A stretch of DNA of 64,000 nt from Rebecca billardiae RCC1528 (taxonomy: Eukaryota; Protista; Haptophyta), in the NCBI GenBank assembly GCA_965240325.2, contig OZ251224.1, positions 496,001 through 560,000 on the forward strand, given 5' to 3'. Made by a program: the position numbers and the translations under genes. Below, one piece after another: positions 23,427-35,632 of the stretch. Numbering within the stretch: position 1 is the first letter of the stretch; each line of letters begins with the position of its first letter. The notes beneath the pieces are model-generated. The model was not told the DNA's origin, did no database searches, and saw nothing but the letters and a program-made list of their open reading frames with translations.

Positions 23427-24712
23427 TCAGGCACCGCGTTGCACGGGTGCCTTCTGGGCTGCTGGCTTGCCCTTCGCCCAGCGCCGAATCCGCAGCGCGA
23501 CGAGCGCGACCACCGCCACCATCGACGTCGCGGCGATGATCGCCACCGCGCCCAGCGCGACTGGTGTATCTTCCTCCATGAGCATGCGACGGTTGTTCTC
23601 GTCGCACCCGCCCACGTACTCGCACACGGACTCCATCAGCCAAAACCAGGCCGCAGTGCGCTGCGCGCCGAGCACGGAGGACAGGCGACGCAGGGGCGGG
23701 GCACGCGCAGCACAACCCGTCAGTCTGGCGGTCGGGCGCGGCGCGCGCGCGCGGAGGGGGGGCACGATGCGCGTACCCCAACGACACACCACAGCTTGTC
23801 GTTGCACTCGAGAGGCGGCGGCGACGGCGGCGGCGAGGGAGGCGGGGACGGCGGGGGCGATGGCGGCGGAGATGGCGGCGGGGAGGGCGGCGGCGACGGC
23901 GGCGGCGACGGCGGCGGCGACGGCGGCGGCGACGGCGGCGGCGATGGCGGTGGCGATGGCGGTGGCGATGGCGGTGGCGATGGCGGTGGCGGCGGCGATG
24001 GCGGCGGCGATGGCGGCGGCGACGGCGGCGGCGATGGCGGCGGCGATGGCGGCGGCGGCGGCGGCGGCGGCGATGGCGGCGGCGAGGGCGGCGGCGGCGG
24101 CGGCGACGGCGGCGGCGGCGACGGCGGCGGCGATGGCGGCGGCGGCGGCGGCGATGGCGGCGGCGGCGATGGCGGCGGCGACGGCGGCGGCGGCGGTGGC
24201 GACGGCGGCGGCGGCGAGGGCGGCGGCGAGGGCGGCGGCGGCGGCGGCGAGGGGGGCGGCGGCGAGGGCGGCGGCGAGGGCGGCGGGCTGAAGGGCGGCG
24301 GGCTGCTGGGCGGCGGCGCTGTGTCGTCGTCGTCGTCGTCGTCGTCGTCATCACCAGCAATCGGCGGCGGGGACGGCGGCGGCGGTGGCGGGGACGGCGG
24401 CGGCGGCGATGGCGGCGGCGACGGCGATGGCGGCGGCGGCTTAGGGGGGGGCGAGCCTGGCGGCGGTGGCGGCGACGGCGGCGGCGTGGGCGGCGGCGGC
24501 GGCGGCGGCGAGGGTGGTGGCGGCGGGGGCGAGGGTGGCGGCGAAGGCGGCGGAGGTGGGGATGGCGGAGGCGATGGCGGAGGGGACGAGGGCGGCGGCG
24601 GCGGCGGCGACGGCGACGGCGGCGGCGGGCAGTGGTAGCGACCAAACAGCCCGCAATGGCCCTGCACCTGCCCGAGTGCGAGCAGCGCGAGCAGTAGCTT
24701 ATACGGAAGCAT
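23427..24712 (-). CDS. Extensin/HRGP-like type I membrane protein with (SPPP)n repeats and a poly-Asp tract; intron 23776-23661
   Basis: Signal peptide MLPYKLLLALLALGQVQG; long SP3-6 repeat region split by D10; Cys-containing domain; RRML; TM helix VAIIAATSMVAVVALVAL followed by RIRR. In-frame GTACGC..GCGCAG intron. Confidence 0.85.
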
Positions 24713-25654
24713 CGTGCTGCCCGGCGCGGCGGTCAGGCGGCGCTGCGTGCGACGGGACGCCTTCTGCGCGGCGCGGCGCGGCGCGGCGCACGCACAGCGC
24801 GGGTGGGTGGGGGCACGCGGCTGAGCGCCCGGGCGTGCCGCTCGCTCGCGCCACACCGCCAGCCGCACGCGCGCCCGATTTGTGACCAGCTCGACAGCGC
24901 TCGGGGCGGCGAGCCCGGCCGTCTCGGCCGATCGTGCGCGTCGGCACTCGCCGCCACGGGAGCGCGGTCGGTCCGCGGGCTCGTTGCCGCCCGCACCTTC
25001 GTCCCGGTGCGCGCGGTGCAGTAGACTGCCGCCCCTCCCCTATCCGGGCTCTCGTAGCCAGATAGCGAGGCCGACTTTGTGGGGGCGCCGCACGCGCGCG
25101 CCGCTGGCTAGGCGCGCCTACCTACGGGCTGGGCGAGATGGGTGCATCTGACCGAGTGCTCAAGTTTTTCGGCCTATGTGGGCCGCGCGGCACTATTGAC
25201 TTTCAGACTGCTCGCAAACGATTTTGAGCCGGGGTCCGGGCGCGATCGCCCCCGGACGGCGCCAACTTGTCCGCGCCGGTGCCACTTTGGTTGTTCTATT
25301 AATCGTCACGCGGGCCGCCATCGTCGTTGCAGCCAGGGGAGACGCGGAAAATCTTGGCCGGCTTTTAGCGCTGCGTTTCGTCGCGCGCGCATCTCTGCGC
25401 GGCAGATGCTCGGCTCTGATTGGCTGAATGCCTTGTCACACCGCCTGCTCGTGAAGAAAAGACGCGCGCACCGCCTACGACTACTCTGATATCGAGCATG
25501 GGGGTATGGGGGTAAGTAACATCTAAAACATGTATGGCTCCGCGGGCGCATGCGATTTCGGATCATTGACGACGCCCGCCCGGCAGCCTGACTTGACTCT
25601 TGGCCCATTCAAGCTCGGGACGACACGTCTGACACCGCGGTCCTGCGTGCCAAC

Positions 25655-28600
25655 TCAGGGCGCGGCCGCGCCTGCGGCGGGCGCGTTCATCCTCTTCCAC
25701 AGGAAGTAGCCGCCGACCAGGAGGAAGATGTTGCCCGAGCCGAGGAGGAGCAGCACGAACAAGGCCTTGCCGAGCGTCTGCAGCGCGGGCAGCAGGTCGA
25801 CCTGCGGCGCGGCGCGCGCGCGCGCGCGCCGCGCACGCGGGCAGGGCGGGGCTCAGGGAGGGGCCGGAAGAGGAGCGCGCGGCGCGCCCCTCTGACGAGG
25901 GCGCGCGGGCCGGCAGCCGCCCACCGCGCGCGCGCACCATCTTGACACTGCGCGCCTCCTCGACCATCGCGCTGAACACGCTCGGCGCAAACACGGCGAT
26001 GCACGCGCGGTCCCAGATGAAGGTGCCGCACAGGCTCATGAAGACGAGGCCCATCACCTGCGCGGCGGCGCGGGGCGTGCGCGGGTCGCGCGCAGGCGGC
26101 CGGCGGAACGGGCGGCGGCGGGGGCGGGAGGGGGGGCGGGCGACGTGTCCGTTGAGCCGTGCGAGCGGCGCGTGGGCGCGGCCGGCGCGCGCGCGCGCGC
26201 ACGCGCACGCGCGGCGCGCGGCGCGCGGCGTCGGCGCGGCGCGCGCGCGCGTGCCTTGAAGCGGAAGGCGTCCGACGGGAAGGGCTCGAGGTGGATCATC
26301 TGGTTCAGCTCGGGGAACACCGACCACGAGAGCGCCGCCGTGCCGACCACGGTCGCCCCGACCGAGAGGAAGAGCGCGTGGTTCTCGGTGATGCCGCGCA
26401 TCCACGGCCGCCCCTTGTAGTTGACGAGCAGCACGGCGACGCACTGCGCGGTCTCGACGAGGAAGACGCACGTGTTGAGCAGGTTGGGCAGGAAGGGCGT
26501 GCTCCACAGCGCGAGGCTCGCCGCCATCCAGTCGCCCTCCTCCATCGCCTTCTCCTGCTCCGCCTCCTTGAGCTCGCGCAGCCGCTCGCGCCGGTGGAAC
26601 TCGACGACCTCGGAGAGCTTGGCGGGGCCCATCTGCTCGGTGGCCATCAGCACGGCGGCGCGCATGCAGAAGAGGTGGATCGCCGCCTGCCCGAGCATGC
26701 TCACGAAGATCGCCGGGTGGAACAGCCGGCGCAGCGGCCGCTCCGGGTGCATCCGCTCGACGGGCGTCGCGTACGAGAAGGCGAGCGAGGCGATCATCAG
26801 CAGCCACGACGACGCGATCATCTGCCGCTCGCTCGAGCGCGCGCCCTCGAGCGAGAGCGCGCTCAGCACGTACGCGGAGATGAGCGACTCGAGCATCATG
26901 ATCTGCTGCTGCTGCAGCGCCGAGAGCAGCGTGCACCGCCCCTGCCGGATCAGGTCGACGATGTTGCGCACCGACGGCGAGCGCGAGGTGAACGGCGCGG
27001 CCACCGACGCGTCGCCCGGCCGCACCATCGGCAGCCCCTCGTCCGCGCCCATCTCGGAGGTGAGCTTGGCGACGGCGTCCTTCTGCGCGTCGTACACGTT
27101 GCCGTGCAGCATCATCAGCCGGCGCCGCTCGTCGTCCAGCTCCTGCGGGGCGGCGGCGGCGGCGCGGCGCGGCGCGCGGCGCCGGCGCGCCGTCAGCGCG
27201 CGCTGGCGCGCGCGCTGGCGCGGCGCGCCGCCGCCGCCGCGCCGCCGCGCCGCTCGCGCGCCGCGCCGCGGCGCGCCGCACCTTGCGCATCCTGTTGGTC
27301 GCGACCTTGACCGCCTCGATGTGCCCCCACAGCCCGTTGTCCTCGCCGCGCGCCGCGCGCGCCTCGAGCACCTCCTGTATCCAGCGCTGCTGCTGCCCCG
27401 CCAGCTCCTTCTGCTTGGACGCCAGCGCGGCGCGCTGCAACTTGGCCGACTCGGCGGCGCGCTTGGCGAGCTCCATGGTCTGCGAGTTGAGCAGCGCCTC
27501 GGCGCCGCTCTTCTGAGCGCCGCCCGCGGCCGCGGCGGCGGGCGCGCCCGCCCCGCCGCCCGCCGTGTTCTGCTCGCCGTACCCGGAGAGCAGCGCCAGC
27601 CCGACGTCCGCCTGCTTGAGCGCGCCCACGTCGTTGCCGCCGTCGCCGCACATGAGCACGCGCCTGCCGTTGCGCTCCTGCAGCATGCGGATCACGCGCG
27701 CCTTGCCCTGCGGCGACATGCGCGCGAACACCTTGAAGTGGCCGAGCTCGCTCAGCACGCGCCCGCCGCTCGCGCCCACCGCCGCGTCGAGCGCCGCGTC
27801 CGTCGCCATCAGCTCGTACCGGCCGGCGAGCTCGGCGACTGTCTCGGCGCTGAACGGCGCGACCGTGTCACGGCAGCTGCCGACCGCGCGCACCCAGCGC
27901 GGCGGCGCGTCGGGCGGCGCGCCCTCCGCCTCCGCGAGGAGCAGCTCGGGCCGGCCCGGCGCGCAGATCCCCACCTCCTTCGCCACGTGCAGCGCGGTCA
28001 GCGGCGCGTCGCCCGTCAGCATCGCCAGCGCGTGCGCAGACTCTGCGAGCGCGGAGCACACGACAGCCGAGTCGGAGCGAGTCTGTGCGCGGCCCGGAGG
28101 GAGGCGGGGAGGGCGGGGGCAGCGGACGGACGGGCGGCCGGGCGCGTGAGCACGCGCGCGCGCGGTGCGCAGTCCACAGCCCCGGGGATGGCGCGTGTGT
28201 GTGCCGCGTGTGTGTGCGTGTGCCGCAAGCGTGTGTGTGTGTGTGTGCGTGTGTGTGTGCGTGTGTGTGTGTGTGTGTTTGTGTGTGTGTGCGCGGGCTG
28301 GTAAGGAAGCGGGCGCGATGAGTGCGCGCCCGACTCCAGCTGCCCGCGTGCGCGCGAGGGCGCTGCTCTGCCAGAGAGTACAGTTCGCTTTTGACCGGCC
28401 GCACATGCGAGGCGTGCGGGCAGCATTGGAAGCGCTGGCTGTGTGGGGTGCGTGCGGCGCCGCGCTCAGCGCCGCCCCGCCCGGGTGGACGCGCGCGCGC
28501 GCGCACCTTGCACGCGAACGCGATGAAGCCGCCAAAGTGCAGCTCGCGCTCGACCTCGTCGCGCGCCCAGCCCGCCGCCGCGGCGGGCGCGCTCTTGAAC

Positions 28601-28669
28601 GCGAGCGCGAGCACGCGCATCCCCTGCTCCGCCATGCCTCGGTGCGTCTGCTCGTACCAAGCGGGCTCC

Positions 28670-28703
<34 letters not shown>

Positions 28704-31293
28704 GCGAGCCCTTGACGAGGCAGCGCGTCTCGGCGGGGGCGGCGGCGGCGGCGCCGCGCGCGCGCACGGCGACGACGGTGGACATGCGCTGCAGCGCCGA
28801 CGAGAAGTGGTGCCGCGCCAGGATCCGCACGCTCTCCACCGGACACGCGGCCGCGGCGGCGCGCTGGGTGAGCAGCTCGCGCTCGGCGGCGGCGAGCTCG
28901 GTCTCGAGCGAGGCGCGCGCGGCGGCGGTGAGGCGCGGCGGCGGTGGCGGCGGCGCGAGCGCGCCGGGCACGGCGGGCGGCGGCGGCGGCGGCGCCGCGT
29001 CGTCCGCGAGCTTCTTCTTGATCGCCTCGATCGCGCGCCCCAGCTTGCGCTGGTCGCCCGGCGAGGCGGTCTGTGTGCCGTGCTCGTAGCTCCAGCGCAC
29101 GCCCTCGAGCGCGGCGACCTCGATGGGGTCTCCGACGAGCTCGGCGAGCGCGCCGACGCTGACGAGGGAGTGGCACGCGGCGAGGATCACCGCGGTGTCC
29201 GGCGCGGCGTCGGCCACGCCCTGCTGCGCCGGCGCCTCCGCCCCGCCCGCCTCGCCGCAGTTGACGACGCCGAGCGGCACGAGCTTGTCCGAGGTGAGCG
29301 TGCCCGTCTTGTCAAACAGGATGCAGTCGATCTTGCCGGCGAAGGGGACGCGGAAGGGCTCGGTGCAGAAGATGCCCTTCTTCATGAGCGCCATCAGCGC
29401 CGTGTTCACCGCCATCGCCGTCTGCATCGGCAGGTGCCGCGGCACCACGCTCGTGATGATGATCACGCACTTGAGCAGCAGCTCGTGTGTCGTGCGGTCG
29501 CCCTTCTCGAGCCCGCGGCGCAGCACGTACGCGGACGAGCAGAGCGCGAAGAGGAGGAGGACGCCGAGGGCGCAGAGGGTCTCCTTCGAGTCGTCGGAGA
29601 CCTGCTGCTGCGAGAACTCGATCATCTGCATCAGCTCGCCCTGCGACGACGAGAACCCCGTGCGCAGCACGTAACACAGGCAGCCGCCGTCGGGCGTGGG
29701 CGGCACGCTCGGCGCGTGCGCCGCCGCGAGCGCGCCGCCGGCCGCGCCGCGCGCGCCGCCGTCGTGCTGCGAGGACATGATGGTCGTGCCGGCGAAGAGC
29801 GCGTGCACGCGGTCGAGCCCGTTCAGGTCGAGCGCGCGCTCGCCGCTGCACCCGTCCTCCGCCAGCTGGTCCTTCATCTGCGGCACCGACTCGCCGGTGA
29901 GCGACGCCTCATTCACGACCGCAGAGCCGCGCAGCAGCACGCAGTCACACGGCACCACGTCGTTCGAGCCGTCGGCGCCGGGCGGGGGCGGCGCGCCGGG
30001 CGCGGCGCGCGCGCCGGGCGCGGCGTCGGGCTCGGTGACGACGGGCGCGCCCGGCGCCGCCGCGCCCGCCGCGCCCGCCGCGCCCGCCGCGCCCGGCGCG
30101 GGGTGGTGCGCGAGCGCGGTCGCGGTGCGCGCGCGCCCCTTGTGCGGCGGCGTGAGCGACACGAGGTCGCCCGGCAGCAGCGCGGTCGTGCTCAGCTTCT
30201 GCCAGGCGCCGAGGCGGTAGACGTGGAGGAGGAAGGGCTTGGCGGACATCTGATTGAGCGTCTTGAGCATCCGCTGCCGCTGGAACACGCTCGTCGACTC
30301 GAGCAGCAGGATCATGCCCACCTGGAAGGCGGTGAAGCCGAGCGACACCGCATCCAGCAGCCAGAGCATCGAGGTGAACACCTGGAAGATCGCGAGGGGC
30401 GAGAGGAGCTGCTCGACGTACAGCTCCCAGAAGGAGGGCAGGCGCACGGAGAGCAGGTTCGGCCCGAACGCCTCCGCCCGCGCGCCCACCTCCTCCTCGT
30501 CGCGCAGCCCCGCCGCGCCCGTGTAGTGCGAGAGCGGGCGGTCGAGCGGCGCGGCCACCAGCCGGATCGCCTGCGCCGCGTCCGCCGGCCCCGCGAGCGA
30601 CTGCTCGGTGGCGTCGTCGGCGCGCGCGGTGGCGGCGTCGAGCACCTCGTACTGCTGGCGCTGGAACTCGCACACCAGCCGGCCCGTCCGCGCCGACGGC
30701 TTCAGCGCCACGATTGCCGGCTTGCCCTTGTGCGGCATCGGCCGGATGCGCACGTGGCAGCCGGGCTCGGCGCGCGCCGACGGCGCAAAGAAGGCGCGCG
30801 CCTTGAAGTCGACGGACCAGTGGCACATCAGGTAGAAGAGGGCGTTGGCCGTCGCGACGAGGAACAGCCCGACGCACACCCACGCGTTCGGCAGCCACTC
30901 GTGCGGCAGCGGGCGCGACTTCTCGGTCGCGGTGCCGTTGGCGAACGTGCCGTTCACCGCCGACGCGTTGGCGTCGAGCGGCGCGAGGTCGGCCGCCGCG
31001 TCGCCAAAGGCGAGGGCGGAGAGGTCGGGCGCGCCGCTCGACGCCGGCCCGCGCTCCGCCTCGGCGGCCTCGCGCGCGAGCGCGTCGGCCGCCGCCGTCT
31101 CGTTTGCGATGCGCTCGAGCCGCTCCTGCTCAGCGAGCGCAGCAGCGTACGGCTCGCCCGCCGTCTGGTACACGAAGTGGAAGGCGACGCAGTAGAGCGC
31201 GACGAAGGTGGCCGCCGCGATGGTGCGCCGGACGGGCTGCTCGCGGTGCACCGTCACGCGCGCGAGCGCCTTTGGGTGGAGGAGGGCGGGCAT
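25655..31293 (-). CDS. P5-type (P5A/Spf1-ATP13A1-like) P-type ATPase; introns 28506-28083, 27281-27143, 26254-26058 (GC-AG), 25937-25802
   Basis: LTGESVPQMK, FDKTGTLT, KGSPE, MLTGD, MCGDGGNDVGALKQA, GDASVAAPFTS, IRQGRCTL, VNYKGRPW. All four introns restore the frame. Confidence 0.95.
28195..28290. repeat. (GT)n-rich microsatellite inside ATPase intron 1
   Basis: Read directly. Confidence 0.9.
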
Positions 31294-31493
31294 CCCACAA
31301 GTGCGCGCGGAGACGCGCGGCCTTGGCGCCTGCCCAGTGCCTTGCTCGCGCGCGTGGCGAGGCGTTCCGGACGTGGCAGTCTCGTAAGTTCAGGACTGTC
31401 CGAACGTTTCTCCCGGACTTCCGGAGGGGATGACCGGACAGTGACCATCATTTGAGAGGATCTCACAGTGGGTCACCTGTCAGGCCTTTCCGC

Positions 31494-32622
31494 CAAGGGC
31501 GGTAAGGGCTGTCAACTCCCAGTGGCGGCGGTGGCAGAGGTTGGTCGCCGCTTCGTCGCTGCGCGGCCTCGCTCCAGCGACTAACTCTCGTGGGCGCCCG
31601 CCCTGGGGGGCGAGTGGGGCGCGCACGGCGCGAGCTCCTGTGGCCGTGTACGCGCGCGCGGAGGCGGCGCGCGTGGCTGGGCAGGTGCTAAGGAGTGTAT
31701 GTCGCCCTCCCACGCCGCGCGCCTTGCTCGCCGCCGCTTTCGCCGCGCCTCAGGCCAGCGCGCACGCGTGCGCCGCCTCCAGAGCCAGCCTCGGGCAATC
31801 GGCAGCCGCCCGCGCATGTGTGGTGCGCGGTCTGGTCGGCGCGAGTCGGTCGGGGCCATCGGGCGAGGCTCGCATACTATAGACGCGCGCCATGCTGCCT
31901 CGCGCCGCCGCGCGTGGGCCCGGTCCCATCCCGTGAAGCTGTTGAAGGAAGCTGATCGATGAATGCACGACAAGCAGAAATGAGCTCGAATACGTGACAG
32001 TGAGCGCACATGCGCGTGATAGGCGGCCGCATTGGGCGCGTGTACGGCGTCCTATGAGTGCATTGCCCCGCTCTTCATCGCCTGCGCGCGTCTATTGTGC
32101 TCTCCAGCGTCTCCATGAGCGTCCAAACATGAGCATTTTCGCATTCGTGCTGCAGTTCGTGTCAGACCTAAGATGCTTGCGTGTCGACCCATGACAACCC
32201 ACGCGCGGCGGCGCGAGGCAGCATGGCGCGCGTCTATAGTATGCGAGCCTCGCCCGATGGCCCCGACCGACTCGCGCCGACCAGACCGCGCACCACACAT
32301 GCGCGGGCGGCTGCCGATTGCCCGAGGCTGGCTCTGGAGGCGGCGCACGCGTGCGCGCTGGCCTGAGGCGCGGCGAAAGCGGCGGCGAGCAAGGCGCGCG
32401 GCGTGGGAGGGCGACATACACTCCTTAGCACCTGCCCAGCCACGCGCGCCGCCTCCGCGCGCGCGTACACGGCCACAGGAGCTCGCGCCGTGCGCGCCCC
32501 ACTCGCCCCCCAGGGCGGGCGCCCACGAGAGTTAGTCGCTGGAGCGAGGCCGCGCAGCGACGAAGCGGCGACCAACCTCTGCCACCGCCGCCACTGGGAG
32601 TTGACAGCCCTTACCGCCCTTG
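31494..32622. mobile_element. Foldback element: 425-bp inverted arms, 279-bp spacer, 7-bp TSD TTTCCGC, CAAGG...CCTTG termini (P-element/Galileo-like architecture)
   Basis: 31494-31918 is the reverse complement of 32198-32622. TTTCCGC at 31487-31493 and 32623-32629. Confidence 0.92.
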
Positions 32623-32738
32623 TTTCCGCTATGTGCGATTGGTGCAACACATGTCTCAACTGCTCCTCACTCCCGCTATGTGATGACACGTGTCGACTGG
32701 CCCGTCGAGCGCTTGCTGCCGTCGGCATCGCGCGCGTG

Positions 32739-33258
32739 ATGAGGTGGCCGGCGCTGTGCGCCCTCGCGGCGCTGATCGTGGGCTGCGGCGCGCACGGACG
32801 GCGGCATGTGCACGTCAGGCCTCCGGCAGCGCGATTCCGCGGCGGCTCGGACGACCCGCAGAGCGCCGAGGCCGTGCTGCGCTTCACGCGCGGCTGCCTC
32901 GTCGGCGTCGAGTCCAAGCAGACGCTCGCCGGGGCGTTCCTGCCGCTCTTCCGCGTGGTGATGCGCTACTTCGGTGCGTGCGCCGCGCGAGCCTGCGCGC
33001 GCGCGACTCCCCGCCGCCATCCCCGCCACGCGCGCCTCACGCCACCGCGCGGCGGCGCGCAGGCCACTGGTGGGTGGACGAGCCGCCGGCCATCGAGCGC
33101 AGATCAGCGCTCGTCTCCAACCTGCCTCTGCTCCGCGGCGGGGTGAGTAAGCTGGTCGCAAAGTACGCGACCAACACCTCGGAGATCCCGAAGCTAGTCG
33201 TGGACAACTCGACAGAGGGCGGTGGCGCCAAGAAGGCCGCCAAGCCGGCCGCGGCGGC

Positions 33259-33291
<33 letters not shown>

Positions 33292-33913
33292 TGAGCCCGC
33301 GCCGCCGGTGAAGGCCAAAGCAGCTGCCAAGCCTGCGGTGGCCAAGTCGGCTGTCAAGCCCGCCGCCAAGCCCGCCGCCAAGCCCGCCGCCGCCAAGCCC
33401 GCCGCCGCCAAGCCCGCCGCCAAGCCCGCCGCCAAGCCCGCCACTAAGCCCGCCGCCAAGCCCGCCGCCAGGCCCACGGCCGCCAAGCCCAGCGCGTCGG
33501 TGGCGGCCAAGCCCAGGGCGGCAGCGCCCAAGGGCGGCAAGGTGATCGCCATCACCTCGGCGAAGCACCTGGACGAGCTGCTTGGCGCGGCCCCGCCGAG
33601 CATGCTCGTCGTGCTCGACTTCACCGCGACGTGGTGCGGCCCGTGCCAGCAGATCGCGCCGGTCTTCGCGCGGCTCGCCGCCGAGCTGCCGCACGTGCTC
33701 TGCCTGAAGGTGGACGCGGACGCGCACGGCCCCGTGCTGCACAAGTACGGCGTCAAGGCGTTCCCCACCTTCGTGCTGCTCAAGCGGCGGGCCGAGCTGT
33801 CGCGCATGCAGGGCGCGGACGCGGGTGCGCTCGAGGCCGCCGTGCGCGCGAACGCCGGCAAGCCGGACCCGTGGGCCTCCGCCAAGAAGACGACAGGCCG
33901 GACGCTGCGCTGA
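32739..33913 (+). CDS. Secretory-pathway thioredoxin with poly-Asp and (AAKP)n linker; intron 32974-33062
   Basis: Signal peptide MRWPALCALAALIVGCGA, RGG motif, VVLDFTATWCGPC active site, GVKAFPTFV. Confidence 0.9.
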
Positions 33914-34827
33914 GCCCGAGCGGCCAGCCGGCTGTAGGGAGTGCGCCGGCCGCTCAGCAGGCGGCGTTGGCAGCGGCGCCGCTGATTCGCTGTGGGCCGA
34001 CACGCTGAGAGGCTGCGCTGCTGCTTCGAGGGGCGAGCCTGCCGACGAGATCCGGGGATACAGAGCTAGCGCGGCGCGCCTCCAGCCTGATTCTCGTCCG
34101 GTGGCTTGTGGCACTTGTTGTGCAATGTGCCGGACCGGACAGGCGTTTCGGACGCCGACGGGCCGCGGGCTGCGGCGGCGGGCTGCGGAGACGGCCGGAG
34201 ACCCGTCGGACCGCGTCGCCGTCCGGCCTCCGGGCCCGCCACGCGCGTCCGACCGCCTGCGACTCGCGAGTTTAATCGTCAGTGTAGTACTAGTAGTCGC
34301 CGAGTCGACTGATGTCGAGACTCGTCAAGCCATATCACTCGACTCACGGTCAGCCGCGGGTCAGCGCGGGCCCCTCATTAGTCATTCCTCTCTAATAATC
34401 CTCATATTCCTCATCAGAGTCATTACTCATTGTCAGACGGACGACGGTCAGTCTGACTGGCGGTCAACGCGGTGCGCACGGTGGCGACGCGCCAGTAGTC
34501 GCCGCGGGCTGGCAGCCTCAGACAGTCAGCGCAGGCTCAGTCCAGTGGGGCCCGTGGCACGGCCGCACAGGCCGTCGCCGTACGTGGCGACTGTGTCTGT
34601 GGCGTCAGGCCGTCAGGCCGACAGGTCACAGGCGTGTCTGGCTGCTCCGTGAAGGCCGCTGCAGCGACGCAGGCGGCCCGTGCGAGGCCGCCCGCGATCG
34701 TTCGCCGGTGACATCCCGCCGAGAGAGGCCATCGCAGGGTGGTCGTCAGGCCTGGCGGCTGCCCGAGCCTCCGTTCGCCGTCCTGACGGCCTGCCCTGCT
34801 CCACTGGCACGTTTTTGGCGGCGCGAG

Positions 34828-35418
34828 TCAGTGGCGGTGGGGCTGGGGTGTCCCTGCGGATGGAGGCTGCATACTCGAGAACATGTCGGTGACGAACGCC
34901 TGCGACAGGCCGGTGCGCTTGTCGTCATCCACCACGCGCAGCAGACTCCGCTCGGCCACGGTCACGAGCTGCGGTGGGTCGTGCGCGCTGCGCCAGCCCT
35001 CGCAGCCCTCGCCTCCCGGCGGCGGCACCGCGGGCGGCGACCCGTCCAAGAGTGCAATCGTTGCCGCCCGGACGGTCTGGAACTCGATCACCCGGAAGGC
35101 GTCGTGCGGCCGAGAGGGCGCGGCCAGGCTCAGGCTGAGCGGCATGATTTGCTCGACGGCGTGCAGCGCGGCGGCCCAGTGCGCTTCGTCCCTGCAGGCG
35201 AGGTACAGCATCGTCTGCGTGGAAGGGGGGGTGGGCAAGGGGAACGCGCGCGCGGGGCGGTGGGCGTGGCGCACGGCCGGGATGGGCACCATGGGGTGAC
35301 GAGCTCTTCGGGGAGGCAAGCACGAGCATGCGCCGCCGCGCACCCTCGCCGGAAGCTTGAGTGTCGCTATTTCGGCCTGCTCATCGTGGAGCTGGCGCTT
35401 CCGCCCCGTCATCGCCAT
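34828..35418 (-). CDS. Hypothetical protein, possible RRM-like fold; probable intron 35343-35215
   Basis: MAMTGRKRQLHDEQ start; GTGCGC donor and CACGCAG acceptor in phase 0; FRVIEFQTVRAATIAL resembles RNP1 plus helix. Confidence 0.5.
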   Translation of the reverse strand: MAMTGRKRQLHDEQAEIATLKLPARVRGGACSCLPPRRARHPMVPIPAVRHAHRPARAFPLPTPPSTQTMLYLACRDEAHWAAALHAVEQIMPLSLSLAAPSRPHDAFRVIEFQTVRAATIALLDGSPPAVPPPGGEGCEGWRSAHDPPQLVTVAERSLLRVVDDDKRTGLSQAFVTDMFSSMQPPSAGTPQPHRH

Positions 35419-35632
35419 CCTGCGGCGGACCAACCGTCTTGTCGTCTGCACCTCTGCGGCCGCGCCCGGACCGCGCGGCGAACGGCGGGTGGCGCACAGC
35501 CGCACGCTGCGCCTCCGGCGATCGATTTCGTCGATCTCGCGCGTGATGATTTTCGTCCGGTGCGCGCGTGTGCCTGGGCGGCTGCACAGCCGACGCTGCG
35601 ACGGCGACGGGTCGCCTCGGCACGTCATTGTC

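Noticed and set aside
23439-24638. Gly-rich and poly-Arg ORFs
   Set aside because: Alternative frames of the (SPPP)n repeat; only the Pro frame has a signal peptide and a spliced TM exon.
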